A stretch of DNA of 64,000 nucleotides from Haplodiscus bocki (GCA_965655095.1 OZ296651.1:76508001-76572000); one strand, 5' to 3'. Counted from the first letter of the stretch, positions 50,751 through 64,000 are shown. Program-made: numbers and translations. The notes: a model not told the origin generated them from the letters alone.

Positions 50751-53700
50751 GATTAGGCGAATTTGACTATATAAGCCCGTGAGTCCTTGTGTACGCAGAC
50801 CCAGGTAGCGTCACAACCTTCGCTGAATATTCCAATGAAAACTATAGCATCTGCAACCGTGGCATATATCAGGAAGGAATTAGGAAGTACCTAATATCGT
50901 TCTCTAGATCAACCTTGTGTCTGAGATTGTTGAAATCACTTGTAAAGACTCATTGGATTTGAAAATTTCATATGTGCTTCAGTAAAAAAGAATCTTTGGC
51001 AATCGTTGCTGATATTTAAAAAAGTCAGAAATGTTTACGAGGGGATTATGTTGTAAGTTGTTATTATTACCTTGTGAGAGTTCCTCGATATGCTAAGGTG
51101 CCTTTATTGTAAGTTTTTGAGTCATTCGGTTCAACAGACGTTGGTGAGGTTAAATCACGTCAGCTGTGTTATTAGTATTTTAAACGCAATTGGACAAAGT
51201 AGAGTCATTTGTGGTTGCGTCTGTGAGAATAATATAGTTGTCAGGAATTTTTTGGTTTAGTCGATTAGGAGATGCTTTGCAGTCAGATTCTGGTTTGTCA
51301 TATATACGAACGTGTGGGGTGTCGGAGTTTTTGTGCTTTGCGCGTCAATTTTTGTTTGGGCAACTCGATCTTGACCACTGATAAGATTAGCTAATTTGGG
51401 TTCGCAAAAAAATGATAGCATTATCAGAAAAAACTAGGCTGAATTCTGTTTCCCATGCTGAAGTGTAGACACTAGCTCGTGTGATGATGATTTCGTCTTA
51501 AGTTTTGAAGAATCATCATTGTTTTCTAAGGGTTTTTCAGATTGTATTTTGGAAATTTTAGAACCTATCAACTTCAAAAACTGAAGTTTACATGCATTTG
51601 GTTTGCTCATAAAAAGTTTATTTTTCGGTAGGGCGATTTCAACAATGTATGAACCGACCCATCTGAAAAGATATATTGATACTTTTCTCTTTAAGTGGCG
51701 TGCTTTGCTTACATTCTATAACAGGGATAATTTTCGAGCAACAGTGATGCTTTTGCTTCATATCATATTTTTTCTTGTAAATGATGCAGAATTGTATCCT
51801 ACTCTTCTTGATTCTCTCAGAAAAAATGTTTCTCTCGTTTTATATCGTCAACAAAGTCCACTGTTGGAGTTACACTAGTGTTAAACTTTACAGAGATTTT
51901 AGGATTGAGTAAAATTCGCGGGTCATCAGCGTGAAACATTTTAATGGTTTCACACCTGATGGAAACAAGCTATGGAGTTAACTGTTTAAAAAAGCAGACG
52001 TTGACTATCTAACCCGATGTTTACGATTTTCTGCTGATACCTTTTTTCATGTTGTTTATGGTTGCGGAATGTTTGGTTGCAGCATGTCATAATGTGATAT
52101 CTGAGACTTCAATCAACTCTTCGTGTTTTGGCCAAGAAACAAAAAATGAGAAATTGTCCTTCAATATCAATATAGTTATACAGGTGTACCCGTTCGTTTT
52201 GCCAAATATGGCATTCCCAGTGTTGACGGTAGTAGGTTTGGATACTGGGTAGGGAAGGGCATATTGAGAGATTAAGTCAAAAGATTTAATGCTTTCCTCG
52301 TATCCATGACCTTCGATCCATGACTTTCCCTTATCCCCGATGAACTCGTGTTTGCACGACATACTCTGGACCGAGGTTCCATTCAGGTATGCTACCTAGA
52401 TCAGATGTTACTTGTGAGTTGTGAAAACTTTTGCCTGGGACAAAAAAAATGAGAATGTCGTACCCAATTGAAGACAAACTTTGCATTAGAGGCGAAACGA
52501 TTTTTTGTGGCACTTCCAGCATCATTTCAGAAATGGAAAGGGTTTGCACGCTTTACCATGAAATGATTTCAGAAGAAAGTCAATTAGTTGTGTTGGTGGT
52601 ACTCTTTGGAGGAGGGTTGAGCTCGGCAACGTATTTAGCGTTTTGTCTGTTGGAAAACGTGTCTTTGTTGTTTTCTAACCACCAGAAGTGCCTTTTTCTA
52701 ACGCTTGTAATTAAAACTTAGTCATCAAAAAGTTATCTCAAATTTAAACATTTGCCGTCAAGTAGAGCTTGATCTGAGTCTTGATCTGTTGTGGTGCAGA
52801 ATGGTTTCTTAGCTTGCACCAATTCGGTCAGTGGTTTATCTGGTTTATCTTTGTTGGTGCCATTTGCTTAACAGTGTGACATAGTTAAAGCCAGTGGTTC
52901 AAATTTTATGCTATCCATAAACTTTTATCTTAGCAGAATTAACTGTCTGAGTGCGTTTCTGTGTCCTCCATGTCAAAAAAAGCCATATCTTTTTGTACTT
53001 TTTCCGTAGATGAATAATTCAATATCTATTCATTGTGTGCAAACTTTTTGCAGCTGCAAGGTTGACTTTTTCATTTGACTTCGTTCTAGGCGTTATAGAT
53101 ATCTTGCTGAAAAATTGAGTTTAACTGGGAACGTGTGCCTTAAGTATTTTGAATATTCGGACAAAATCTTTCTTATTCTAACACGTTAGTGGAATCACCT
53201 TGATCTAGAAGAACCCAGCTACAAATTTGCTAGCGGTTACGGTCATTACTGGTTTCGAACGTCCCCATTTTGCATGTCTAAGTTTTGTGAATGCTTAGTA
53301 TATTGCTATGAATTCGGTAGCGTAAATATACAATTTCCTTAAGAGGAAGGAAATGTCCTCAACTTGTATGCGACTAGCTCAAAGCGGTTTTTTCTTAACC
53401 TGAATTTTTGACTAGGATCGTTTTCTATCAACTTGTATTTTCCAGCGACTGTAGATTGATGCATTTGACTAATATTTAATCGGCAACTGTTGTGTCTGGG
53501 CAGTTTGACTGCATCCGTCAGAATTCTAAACGTGTTCCTCGATTTTTTCTATGAATTCTGGTGTGAGTGTTCTCTTCGTCTTATTATTTTATTTTCCATT
53601 TCTTTTGAGTTTCCACTCGACCATAGTAGAATTTTGCCATCGTAAATTTCAGTACGACATTTTGATTGCATCTGAGAACTGCTCTACGATTGTCGATTAA

Positions 53701-56700
53701 TTGCTCCAGAAAATTGGCGGCCACAGCACTATCATTGACGTACTGTGCAGAAAAGTTCACTTGGACAACAGGGTCAAGGTAGGAGCTAAAGAAAAAACAT
53801 GAAACTGACTACCATCAACAAAAGTCATGGGCTAATTGGCAGTAGGCAAAGGTTTTTCTCAGTATTTTGAATTCAAAACTTTCCACATGTTCTTGTTCTG
53901 GCATTTGAAAGCACTACCAAGCTTGGGAGCCATCATGCTTACAGAACAAATATTTGATTGCGAAGTGTTCAGGCGGCATCGGTCAATGTGTTGACGAAGT
54001 AATTGTTTTCGACAGAGTTCTCTCATCAAGTTGTTTGCTTTTATTAGGTACAATAACAGTCAAAGTTCCATTTTTAATTTCCGGTCTTCAATTATTGGAC
54101 TGGATCAATTGTTGAAGTCTACCGTACTCATGACACGATGCTTGTAATGCAAGGTTACTTGAAATTTGGTATCGATTTTCAGCTTTATCGTATTGCTATA
54201 TTTTGTCAGTTTGGTGGTCTTCATCGACTGGTGTGAGTGTCAGTTTGATGTCAAAATTGAAGCTAAAGTCAAAAAACTACCTCCCCAATGTATCATGGAA
54301 CTTTACCACTAAATCATCAGTTACGTGACATGACGAGCCATTCTGATGAATATGGAGTCAATTCAATGGAGGTTGGAAAAAATAGCTGCGAGGTTCAAGA
54401 TTGTCTTGAAGATGAACTTGCTTAAGTTTCTCCGAAGCATACAGTCTTTGTGGAATATGGTTTTAGTACTAGTGATTCTTCATGTTTATTACCGGGTTCT
54501 TGAGAAGCAGGAAACCAGTAGGTCTCATTGATGTCACCAGATATGGGTACTCTGAGAAACTCATTTCTTTAATGGAGGAGAGCAGAATGCTTTTTGTCCA
54601 GCTGGTAGCTTATCTGAGTCAGATCGATAGGTATGATGTTTGTCATTCCGATATAGAAAAGAGAATGTTACCACCTGATAACTTAGTTAAAAACAAAACT
54701 TTTTTTCCAATTTTGTTGATTGGGGCCGTGTAAATCTTCTTTTGCGTAATTAAGGTTGGAAAGATTATGTAATTGGGAAGGTTGTCCAATCAATTCAACA
54801 TCTGTAGTTTTTTGTGCTTTTCTATGAACAACCGTTCGTTTTCCCAGCAGAACGCTCAACTTCGGGTTGATTAATAGTTCGTTGAACTTGGAGTAAGCTT
54901 AATCTGCATAATTCAGCTAGACTGGAGAGAAAAGGAAGTTAAAAATTTTCGCCGCATGATTAAACTAGTAGTGTTCTTTTGTAGCAAAACGAGTATGTTT
55001 ACTAGATTGGCTGATTTGGTCATGAATATTAAACGTTTCCAAATATTGTGTCTCCTAATTCATACTGCAGTTCAACTGTTGCTGCGTGAGTTTGTAAATG
55101 TGCATTTTCTATCACTATTGGGAGATCAGGAAGTGACAAATCGATGGAAGCTTTTGAAGTGCTGAAAACTGTAATTTGAGTAAGTTATCTTCTTCAATGC
55201 CCAATCCTAGAGTTCTTGTATCCGTGAGGCAATCCATTCTTTTTTCTCCGAATCCATTTGAAAAAGACGACCTGCATCGTTTGTTTTTCACTTAGAGTTT
55301 GCCTGATTGTGAGGAGAAACAACTTTGGCAACGGTGGCTCTTTGATGTTGAAGTTTTATGCCAGAGTTGACGAACGGTTTGTCACCTTGTTCTCTAAGTT
55401 ACTGTGGTTCGATTATTTGTAGTTGCGAGTGGTTTGGGAAATGTGGGTTAATTGTTCACAGGAAAAACATGGATCTTCGGAATGTCTCAAAGTTGTGATT
55501 CGATGATTTGTTTCTATACATGTCTTCTCCAGAACCGTTGTACAAGTCTGCTTTCCAATAAAGATATTCTCAATCAAGTGAGAACATCAAATATGTTTCT
55601 CCATCAACCACTTCGATTAAGGATCTGAATTGGGTGCGGAAATTTTCTGTATAGTCAATTGTTTTTTCCGGAAGCTTTTGTCATAGGTGCTTGTCATTAT
55701 CTCAGCTGGTAGAAAAAATTCCATCCATTGCTGCGACACAACTGATGAGACACTAAACTGATACAAACTGTGTGATGAGTGTGAAAAAGACTAGGCGGTC
55801 AGATGATACGAAAGGTGCTGCAAGTGATAAACGGGCTCACTTTAGTCGTACCGAACATGATATCAGAAATTTTGTGCCATTTTTGTCAATGCAAAATACT
55901 CAGTAAAAGTTCCAGATTTAAGATGGTCTTCTGATCTTTTCTGCTTTGTATTTTGATGTTCGATTTGCTGCATTGGGACTATTCCAAAAAATCTCTATTG
56001 TAGAAAACTATGGTTTGTTCATTGGCAATGCTGACAAGGTAAGTAAACTTAATGAGTAGTTTTTCACGGGAATTGTTTCCACCTTGTCGTTCTTGTTCTT
56101 GTCGATTCAGTTTTTTCCAGTCTATGCAACCTCTATTTGGTTTTCTCCAAATTTTGAAGATAGTTTCTGTTTGTTCTGCAGAATGCCATGGATTTTGCGT
56201 AATTGGCCTTCTGATTGTGGGGATGAGTACTTCCAAACATGTTTCTGAGCTATTGTGTTCAAGTTACCTTTTTTAGTGTGCAATAATTTGGTCATATGGT
56301 CAAATGGTTCCTTTCATTTTTATACTAGATTGATTGCCTTTTTTACTGGGTTTGGTGCTAAACGAAGTGAAAACAAGCAATCTATCTTTTGTTGACCACT
56401 TTCTCCGAATGCACTTTCAGTATATTCTTTCACTGTTACAAGATATTTAGACAGTGATTAATAATTGGATCCAAGGTGACTTGCACCCTTTTCGTTTCGA
56501 CCTGGATCAGGATTGTGTCTCTTCTTTCGAAAGATGACAAAAAAATTCTCAAAATTTTTTTGTTGGCATTTCTGTTTCGCAAAAATTGATTTGCCGCATT
56601 TCAGAAGTGTGAGTGTAATTGGTTAACTGTCTCTCCTTCTGTTGTTTCAGATTGCATTTCAGGCGTCCTTTGGAACTTTTCTTTATTTAAACCAAACTTC

Positions 56701-57828
56701 GTGAACTAGCCACCGCATTCTTGATTATTAGTTGATATTGGCCTCAAGAGTGTAGGTGAAATTTGAAGTCATTGTTGGGACGCGGTGACAGCGTTTACGT
56801 CAACGTGTCTGTTAGTTGCAATCCAGGAGTCGAAACCTTGCGTCCATGATTTTGCTCTACAATTGGTTTTGCACGGTTCAGCGGTATATCTTTGTTGCTG
56901 AAGTTTGTGAATGGATGGGTTCTCGAGTAGTGGCTTTTTCTGAGTTCACATTCGATCAGTGAAAAAAACCGGAACAGTGTTTCGAGGAGAATTTTGGTAT
57001 GTCACCATGTGGTGATTTCGTGTGCGCGTTTGCCGGTTAAAGTTTGATCCTAGTGCCGGCAAAAGGCCTGCTTTGGTATGTTCACGTACACGGGTCTCAC
57101 TAATTCTGTTAAAGTTAGCAGTTAAATCTGTGCAGCCAGATGTCATGACCGGAGTGTCGCTAGTTTTTTCGTGCATCCTGAAACATCTATTTTGCCAAAA
57201 CTGGGTGCCACACAGTCATCTGCGCGTTTCTAAAATGCATTACTCAATCTAAGCCCAATCTGACTGTGGACGAAATAACAATATCGATTGTTGTCATAAT
57301 TGCGTCACTGGTTGTTTTTCCGAGGGCAGCAAGTGCAATATCAACTTCTCATGTAAAACTGAGGACAATGTTTCCTTCGATGACGCGGATTTAACTGCAG
57401 TTATTTTTGAAAGGCGTACCTTGCTCGAATTCTTTTACGAGGATACTATTCTGGGTTTCACCAGTTCAAATTTCTGAGTCATTCTCCTGACTAATTTTGC
57501 CAATACCGAAAACTTCAAGTTTTTCCTCCGATCAGCTGATGAGATGAATTTTCTGCTCTCTCCTTTGATACCCAAAAAACGTGTTTGGTTTAGAAAATGT
57601 TTTTGAATCAATTATTTGTAAATACAATAATCTCAAAGAAAATTAATTTAAAAAACAGAATAACCAACAAAAGTGAGAACTACTAAAGTTTCAACGAATC
57701 TGAACAAAAAAAATTGAGTCGTTTTAATATCAGTGAATCGAACCTCGTGTCACACACATCCTCAAAGTAAGACATTCCCCGTCTTTTGCCAATCAAGTCG
57801 GATCCCAGGATGATTTTAAATTTCCAAT

Positions 57829-58164
57829 TGTATCTCCGACGTGAATTCGAACAGAAGATCGAAGCAAAACTAGCTCAGCTACATGACGTCAGAGTTACAA
57901 AATTCTGTAAGTAGCAACTATGTTGTGAGATTGAAAGTTCTGGTGAAATAAGTTCATAGAAATGTGAAAATGACGCATCTTCATGCCTTTTTACCAAGAG
58001 TGTTAATATGCGATTATTGCTTGAGATATTTAAGCAAATGCTGCTGAAAACTAAAAAAGAGACAAAAATTATGTCAAGCCTGAATTGAAGTTCATAAATT
58101 AGCTAAAAAGGAAAGAAAACGGCAACCACTTTAAACAGTAGTGAATGAAGATTGTCCCTTCACA
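57829..58164 (-). repeat. 5' LTR of element B (boundaries approximate)
   Basis: Partner of 46465-46817. On the minus strand it reads TG...ACA and is followed by ATTGG (PBS-like position) and the gag leader. Confidence 0.7.
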
Positions 58165-58167
58165 TCA

Positions 58168-58594
58168 TCTATACATATTATAAATGCGAAAATTTTTTTT
58201 GTGTGTGTGTGTATTATCAAACTCCTCTGCCATTTCTTGCCCGATTTGGCTCAAATTTTGAACAAAGCTATGAATAGCAAAGGAGCAGCGAGTAAGCCGG
58301 TTCCGGGTGCCGATTTTACTCAACTTTTGATTTTACTGAGGAACTACTTTTATGCACTGCTACTCGAACGGCATATGATTGATAAATGCAGTTGTGAAGA
58401 GACACGCTATAAGTAAGCTGCTTTAAGCTGACAGCCAATCAGATTGCGAGAAAGGGGTTGAACCGAAACGAAATCCAAACAGAACCGATTTTTTTGGAAT
58501 TCAACTTTCTATCGCTAATTATAATTGGTTTAGCGAAATTGGCCTTCAGTGATAGGTGGCGAAGCGAAGCGAGCCACTCGGCCCAGAAAGCTAG
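58168..58594 (+). mobile_element. Non-autonomous Helitron (427 bp)
   Basis: 5' A|TCTATACATATTATAAATGCGAAA followed by a (TG)n tract. 3' hairpin GTGGC..GCCAC (58556-58577), 13 bp upstream of CTAG|T. Inserted at an A/T junction with no TSD. Confidence 0.85.
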
Positions 58595-59071
58595 TTGATT
58601 TAAAAAAATAGGTACTTCAATCGTTGGTTAATTTATGTCAAAAAAGTTTCACGACGACTTGGTTTTGCTGTAGTTAAAGTTTGTTAACTGAAGTACAAAA
58701 AGTATTTGTTTGTTTTTGATAAAACTTGGACCAAAATGGCGTTCTCGTTTGATCTTTAACTTGCATGATCATTGCCTTAAATATCCAATTTCCTTTGTTG
58801 AAAAAATAATCTCGGCGTCTTTTTGATGAACTGTCAAAAATTCTTCGCACTGTTTTTGCACTGACATGTTGTCAAATATATGCATAATTTCAAAAATACA
58901 CTGTCATTCACAAATTATAGATGTGTATAATTTTTCAAAAATATTATTGGTGTAATAGCATCGATTTCCCACGCATGCATATTCTCTGGCGTTGACATGA
59001 TTTTCATATAAGTTCCACCAAACGAGAGAGCAGAGTAACAAGCAAAAGCGGCTGTAGTCACCTAAACTGCA

Positions 59072-59119
59072 GTTGCATTAGTAATATATTACTAATGCAA
59101 CAATTGTATACAATTGTTG
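59072..59119. other. Two overlapping perfect palindromes (30 bp and 22 bp)
   Basis: GTTGCATTAGTAATA|TATTACTAATGCAAC (59072-59101) and CAACAATTGTA|TACAATTGTTG (59098-59119). Confidence 0.95.
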
Positions 59120-59739
59120 ACCTGGTGGAGAAAAGCACTTACTATTGCGTTAGTTATTTGAAAGAGAAGCGAATTCATATTTATTCGACGAAGGGATGGC
59201 AAATCTGTTGTTAATAGATCATATTATGTTCTCGTTCCAGCATTCAAACACCTTTCAATTTTTCAACACCATAATAGAGTTACATCTGATGCTAAAAAAA
59301 TAGTCATTGAGAAATGTCATTAGTTAAAAATACCTTGTTTTTGTTTAATGTTCCTGTTAGGAACGAAAAAACAACTATTAGTGTTTATAAACTTATATAA
59401 GGCTATACAAAAGCGTTTTTGAATGAGAATAAAAATCGACGGAAGATTTGATATCAAATATTATGAAGAATCAATTTCAATTGAAAGCAAAATGATTTCG
59501 ACTCGAAAATCTAACAAGTTATTTTCGAATCAAACTTGCCTATTAAAAGTTTTTTAAAAGAAATCTTGCGGCTATTTTGAATCGTCGGGTTTCTCTACTC
59601 CATATCAAAACTCGAAGTTGCGTTTTTGACACTTGTTTGACATGCTGCACAAACTAAAGAGCAATTCCCAAAAACAGCGAACTCACGCCCGCTACTTTTG
59701 GATCGATAACGACATAGAAAACAAGAGATTCTTCATGTA

Positions 59740-61000
59740 AAAGATCAGATCAAACCCAAACTTTTACCTTTTTTGGCGCAAACATCCAGATTGTCCCGAA
59801 GTAACAGAGGAGTCGCTTCTTTGATTGTTGACCTTGATCAAACTTACGCAATCCAACGAATTACCTTGCAGCTAGCAAATTCCTCCACATCAAAAGCTGC
59901 CTCAAACATTAACAAAACAATGAAATTTTGTGTTCAAGAGATTAATCCGGGTGTACTTAACAAACATTCTCCGAGTGAAATGGATCTGAACAACACCAAA
60001 GTCTTAACAGCACAGATGTTGGACCAAGTCAAACAACTTTTTGAGGTTACAATCAAAATGAGGAGGAGATCGGTCTGAATTTTAGAAAAGAAGTCTTTGA
60101 AGCCGTTGTACCAACGTGATCATAAGAAGCAAGCCTATTACTGTTGTTATCAGTTGCGAAAAAAATACTGTGTGACACGCAACGGGTTTCTTATTCCTTA
60201 TAGGGGATTAAGCACTAAAGATTTTATCAAACTCAATGGATAGATGGAAACCAAATGCTCAGCACAATTTTCAAGCAAAGTGGTACAACTGGCAGCTTTA
60301 ATGACGTTGTTATCCTTCAAGAAATGTATTCATCATTGGAGTTCCCAAGCTTCTGAAGTATCGATCCAAACAAAAAATGCTGAAAAAATGGAGTATCTGT
60401 CTAATCAGCTTAGCAGAGAAAAATGTCTTGTACATATTCCCAGTAAACTTTATGAGTGGTTAACAAATTGTGATGACACCAAGTCATTATATCAATTTGA
60501 TGCATAGAATTGAAAAAGCAAACATGCGTCCTATCCAACGAAAAGTTTCATGAAATAAGTTTTGAAGGTTTCAAACAACGATCGGAAATGCAAACTTGTG
60601 AAAAGTGATGGTGGGTCAGTTCCCAACTATCGAAACGTTCCTCATAGGAAAGCAGTCAAAACCTAGAATTGAAATCATTATCAGCAACGACTGCGTTATA
60701 CATACTGGTTAGATACGTTTTGGTCAATTGACAGAAAAAAGAAACGTTCGTTTTTGTGACAAAAATTACTTCAAAAACCATTTCCTGGATGAAGTGAATA
60801 CTTGAATACTTGCCAATGGTATCAATCTTATTCAACCAGCAACATGAAAAAAGTTCTCAGAATTTTTGACAAAATGTCTGTTTTTGTCCAGCACAACAAG
60901 TGTCGCCCGCTACGAACTTCAAGAAGACGTCAAGTAACCCTTCGGGATGTCTTCAACTTTCTAGGAGGCACTAAAAATGCAAAAGCTATCAATGAAGGAA
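59740..61000 (+). mobile_element. Degenerate P-element/THAP9-like transposase
   Basis: LLPFLAQTSRL (cf. LPS..TL.R); SLIVDLDQTY (cf. LLLDE.Y, first catalytic Asp); KTMKFCV; KVLTAQML; MRPIQRK..VLKV (cf. P.PIERQ.V...L.VF, ~60525-60570); FWSI; RRRQVTLRD. The motifs are in P-element order. Confidence 0.5.
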
Positions 61001-62099
61001 AAAAACTACGATGTGACTAGAAGAACGAAGAGATCACTGACTTGTTAGATAAATCGTCGCAGCAAATGAAACAAAAAAACAAATTAACAAAAATCGAACA
61101 ACTACCAAATCAAAACAAATTTCGTCAAACACATGATGAACAAAGAAGTAGCAGGGGCAAAAGTGTTGTAAGTGTCCCGCGAACTAGGTATTTAAATGGA
61201 AAATAAAGAATGCCCTAGTGAAATATTATTTCCTACACTTTACCATGATTGCCACGTTTCCTGTGTTAAAGAGCAATAGCGTTGGTGGCTTGTACAAGAC
61301 GTGTGTGAGGTAGCTCCCCCTCCCCAGTGGGTTATCTCATGGCTACCGATTCTAAATTTTTCGATTGGCCAAATTTTCCGCATGTTTTTAGATACTCGTT
61401 TAGAAGCAAAAAACAGGGCTTTTCTGAGCAAACATAGGATTATTTTTTAATATTGGAATATTTTCCCATAAAAAACCGATCCGTATTTCGAAGTAACTGA
61501 AACAATTTCATGTTAAATATCAGAAAAATTGAAAAAAATTCACTTCAAAAGCTCGAAAACAGTGTAAAAATATTTTTTGAAGAAATTAATGATAAATGTA
61601 AATGTGAACAAGTTGCCTCTTTTCCAATTTTTGAAATCATTTTTTCCTGTTATCCAAATTTTTCAGGTACTGGACGGAGCAGCTAAGTTTTCAATACCAA
61701 ACTGCTGAAAAAAAATGCTTCAGGATCCCAAACTTTAGTGAATAACAAAAAAAAGCAATTAATATTGATTTTCGTTGACGTTCAAACGCCTATCTCTAAA
61801 ACAGCAGAGCTCATTTTTTTGTTGCAGCTGTCAATGGAGACAATTCCACTCCAACCGCCTAACTGAATTCACAAAGTATAAATTGTTTTATTTTGCGTTT
61901 GTATCTTGACTGTTCGAATAAACAGAAACAACATTTTTAGAAGTAGCACATTCTGGTATTCACACTCAAAGTTCTCCGTAACAACGAACTTGATTTTTCC
62001 AATGTGATTTGAAATGAGAGCTTTCTGGATATCTAAGTCTCTTTTATTAGGAGATCACATTTTTCTCCCTTTCATCAAATTCCAGAAGGACCGTAAAAG

Positions 62100-63060
62100 C
62101 CGAAACTCGCCGTTACTAGAAACACAATCGGATAATCCTATTCTTTCCAATCCTGATTAGATCCATAAAGTCTAAAGGGCAAATGTTTAACCTGTGCAAG
62201 AGTACTCTTTTTTGAAACTATCAATTTTGTTGCATCAATTTTAATCCTAACAATTCCAAAACCTCCAAAAAATCCCAAATTTTTGCCATATCCGGACTGT
62301 CAAACTCCTGTTTCCCCATAACTACACACTTGATTTCTTCCATCAAGATTTCAATTTGCGGTGGTCTCTGTGATTTTAACGTTTTTGCGTTTTTGCCCCA
62401 CAAAAGCACTTATACAGATCATATATGCCTAAAAGTTCAATGAGTCTTGACAATTTTCAATATTCAAACGTAATTTTTTTCACAACTACATGCTTCAATT
62501 CTTCCATTTGGCTAATATCGAAACTTTTTTACTTGACAAAGACTATTTGGTTCACTTTTTTGTGTTTGTTGCTTTGATCGACACTCTGATTGTTCGAAAA
62601 TATATGAAAAAAGATGTTAAAAGTATTGATCAATCTGTATGTCCAAAGGAAAAAACCTCCAACGCAGTCGCCTTCAACTCTTCAGTCGTGCCACAACTGA
62701 CAAGATTGAATTTTTAAGAACCTTTGATTTACAGAAAACCAGATTTTGTCAGTTGCTTCTGGAGGAAAATGCCCAAAAATGCTTAAAACTTACAACATTC
62801 CGATAATAACACTTCTTAGTACAAGCTGGATTTATTCCGTAGAGGTCTCCACCGGAAGGTTTTTTCACTAGTAGATTTGCATTCCATACAAAAAATACCA
62901 ATACACTTTCTTAGAGTGGAGTATTGAATTTCCTGAAAATCCCAAAAATCTCTATACTTGACAAAACTTGATTTTCGGAAAATATCTTCTTCGATAACTA
63001 CATATTTGATATCCTCCATCTGAGTTTCAACCGACACTTTTTTGTCCAGAGTGGCTTGGT
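62100..63060 (-). repeat. Further decayed copies of the ~58-aa repeat family
   Basis: VETQMEDIKYVVIEEDIF...DFWDF (63.0 kb), QMEELKHVVVKK (62.5 kb), IEILMEEIKCVVMGKQEF...IWDF (62.33 kb). Confidence 0.5.
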
Positions 63061-64000
63061 TTTGTGCATAAACACTGAAAAGCAGCCTCGGAGCGTTATC
63101 GGAGCAACTCCACAACAGCACACATATGGTAGAAATTTTGGATCCATCAGAACATCGGTTTGGCTTCAAAGAACTCCAAGGCAGTCTCTCTGATAATTTC
63201 GGCGCGATTGAGGGATTTTTAGGGATCTAACCGTCAAAAATGCGAATCGTCTGATTTTGACACTCATACTAGTCAGTATAAGAATTCAGAGGCCAACTTC
63301 TTGTGGAAACAAATTTTGCAGTTTTGAGCTCTGAGTGAGAGAACCAGTGCAATTTGGAAAAACTCGGAAGTGAACTTTTAATTGATTCGGACCAAGGACG
63401 GAGCATTTCAACACATATTTCACTAATTTTTCAGCCGAATTTGGGCAAAAGTTTGTATTTTTAGTGAGATTCAGTTAAAGTTTTCTGGTTATCAACAGCA
63501 ACCGAGATAGCTTGCTTTCAAGGCTGCCGGTGTATATCCCAAAAGCAGCCATATTTTTCACCAACCGACCGCAGATACAATAAAAAAACCAAAAACCAGG
63601 CTGAAGTCCATTTTCAAACACAACCTTAGAATCAATGCTTTACCGGCCGGATAGCCCCCCCTTGCCAGAGAAACCAGTCTGAGCGTGGATTCAGTATCGG
63701 TAGTGGGCCACTCTCTGCTCTGTGCTTCCTGTATCTTTGAAGTACAATTCGATCATTTTTGACCAGTTTTAGCCAATTTCTTTACCTACAACTCAGGAAT
63801 GAAACTCTGAAACGCACAGGCACCAGAGAATAGCGCACAATGTCAGCCTCAAAATCGCAATTCTATTGAGTTTGCAATCAAAGCCTGGTTCTGAAATGAG
63901 ATGAGAGCAGAAAATCATTTAAAAGTAGTCAACCTTGAGTCTTTTTACAGATGAAAAGAGAGCGAAACTTTTGCCATTTGATCCTGTAAATGGGCAGCCT

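Larger units (their letters stand above)
46465..58164 (-). mobile_element. Element B: old full-length Ty3/Gypsy LTR retrotransposon (gag, PR, RT, RH, IN, glycoprotein-like ORF), heavily decayed
   Basis: Paired LTRs. gag ~57580-56000. Protease MDCLTDTRTL (~55220). RT LFCKHDGSQAW...KTFAYCQLAHD...YLDPVV...AQYVND (YVND at 53742-53731). RNase H WGRSKPVMTVT...AHVPS (~53270-53130). Integrase PEWNLGPE...GYEESIKSFDLISQYALPYPVSKPTTVNT...HAATKH (~52390-52070). Confidence 0.85.

Overview
AT-rich eukaryotic (animal-like) genomic DNA that is mostly decayed mobile elements. The only near-intact host gene is an intronless secreted S1 serine protease with a GPI-like tail (44596-43602, minus), split by one frameshift. 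Main elements: (A) a plus-strand Ty3/Gypsy retrovirus-like element (~25.7-36.6 kb) ordered ORF0 / gag (two Zn knuckles) / PR-RT-RNaseH / TARG1(OARD1)-like macrodomain / integrase / class-I-fusion-like env / three 3' accessory ORFs joined by ATGA stop-start overlaps; (B) an older minus-strand Gypsy element with two diverged LTRs (46465-58164), a probable class-III-type glycoprotein ORF and possibly a second macrodomain between gag and protease; (C) a minus-strand 3' fragment of another glycoprotein-bearing LTR element (17.7-21.7 kb). Also present: further gag fragments, a Polinton/Maverick polB fragment, a MITE, a clean non-autonomous Helitron, a P-element/THAP9-like transposase relic, and several patches of a decayed ~57-59-aa repeat (possibly NLR-type LRR). 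All family calls come from manual translation and motif recognition; no database search was run.
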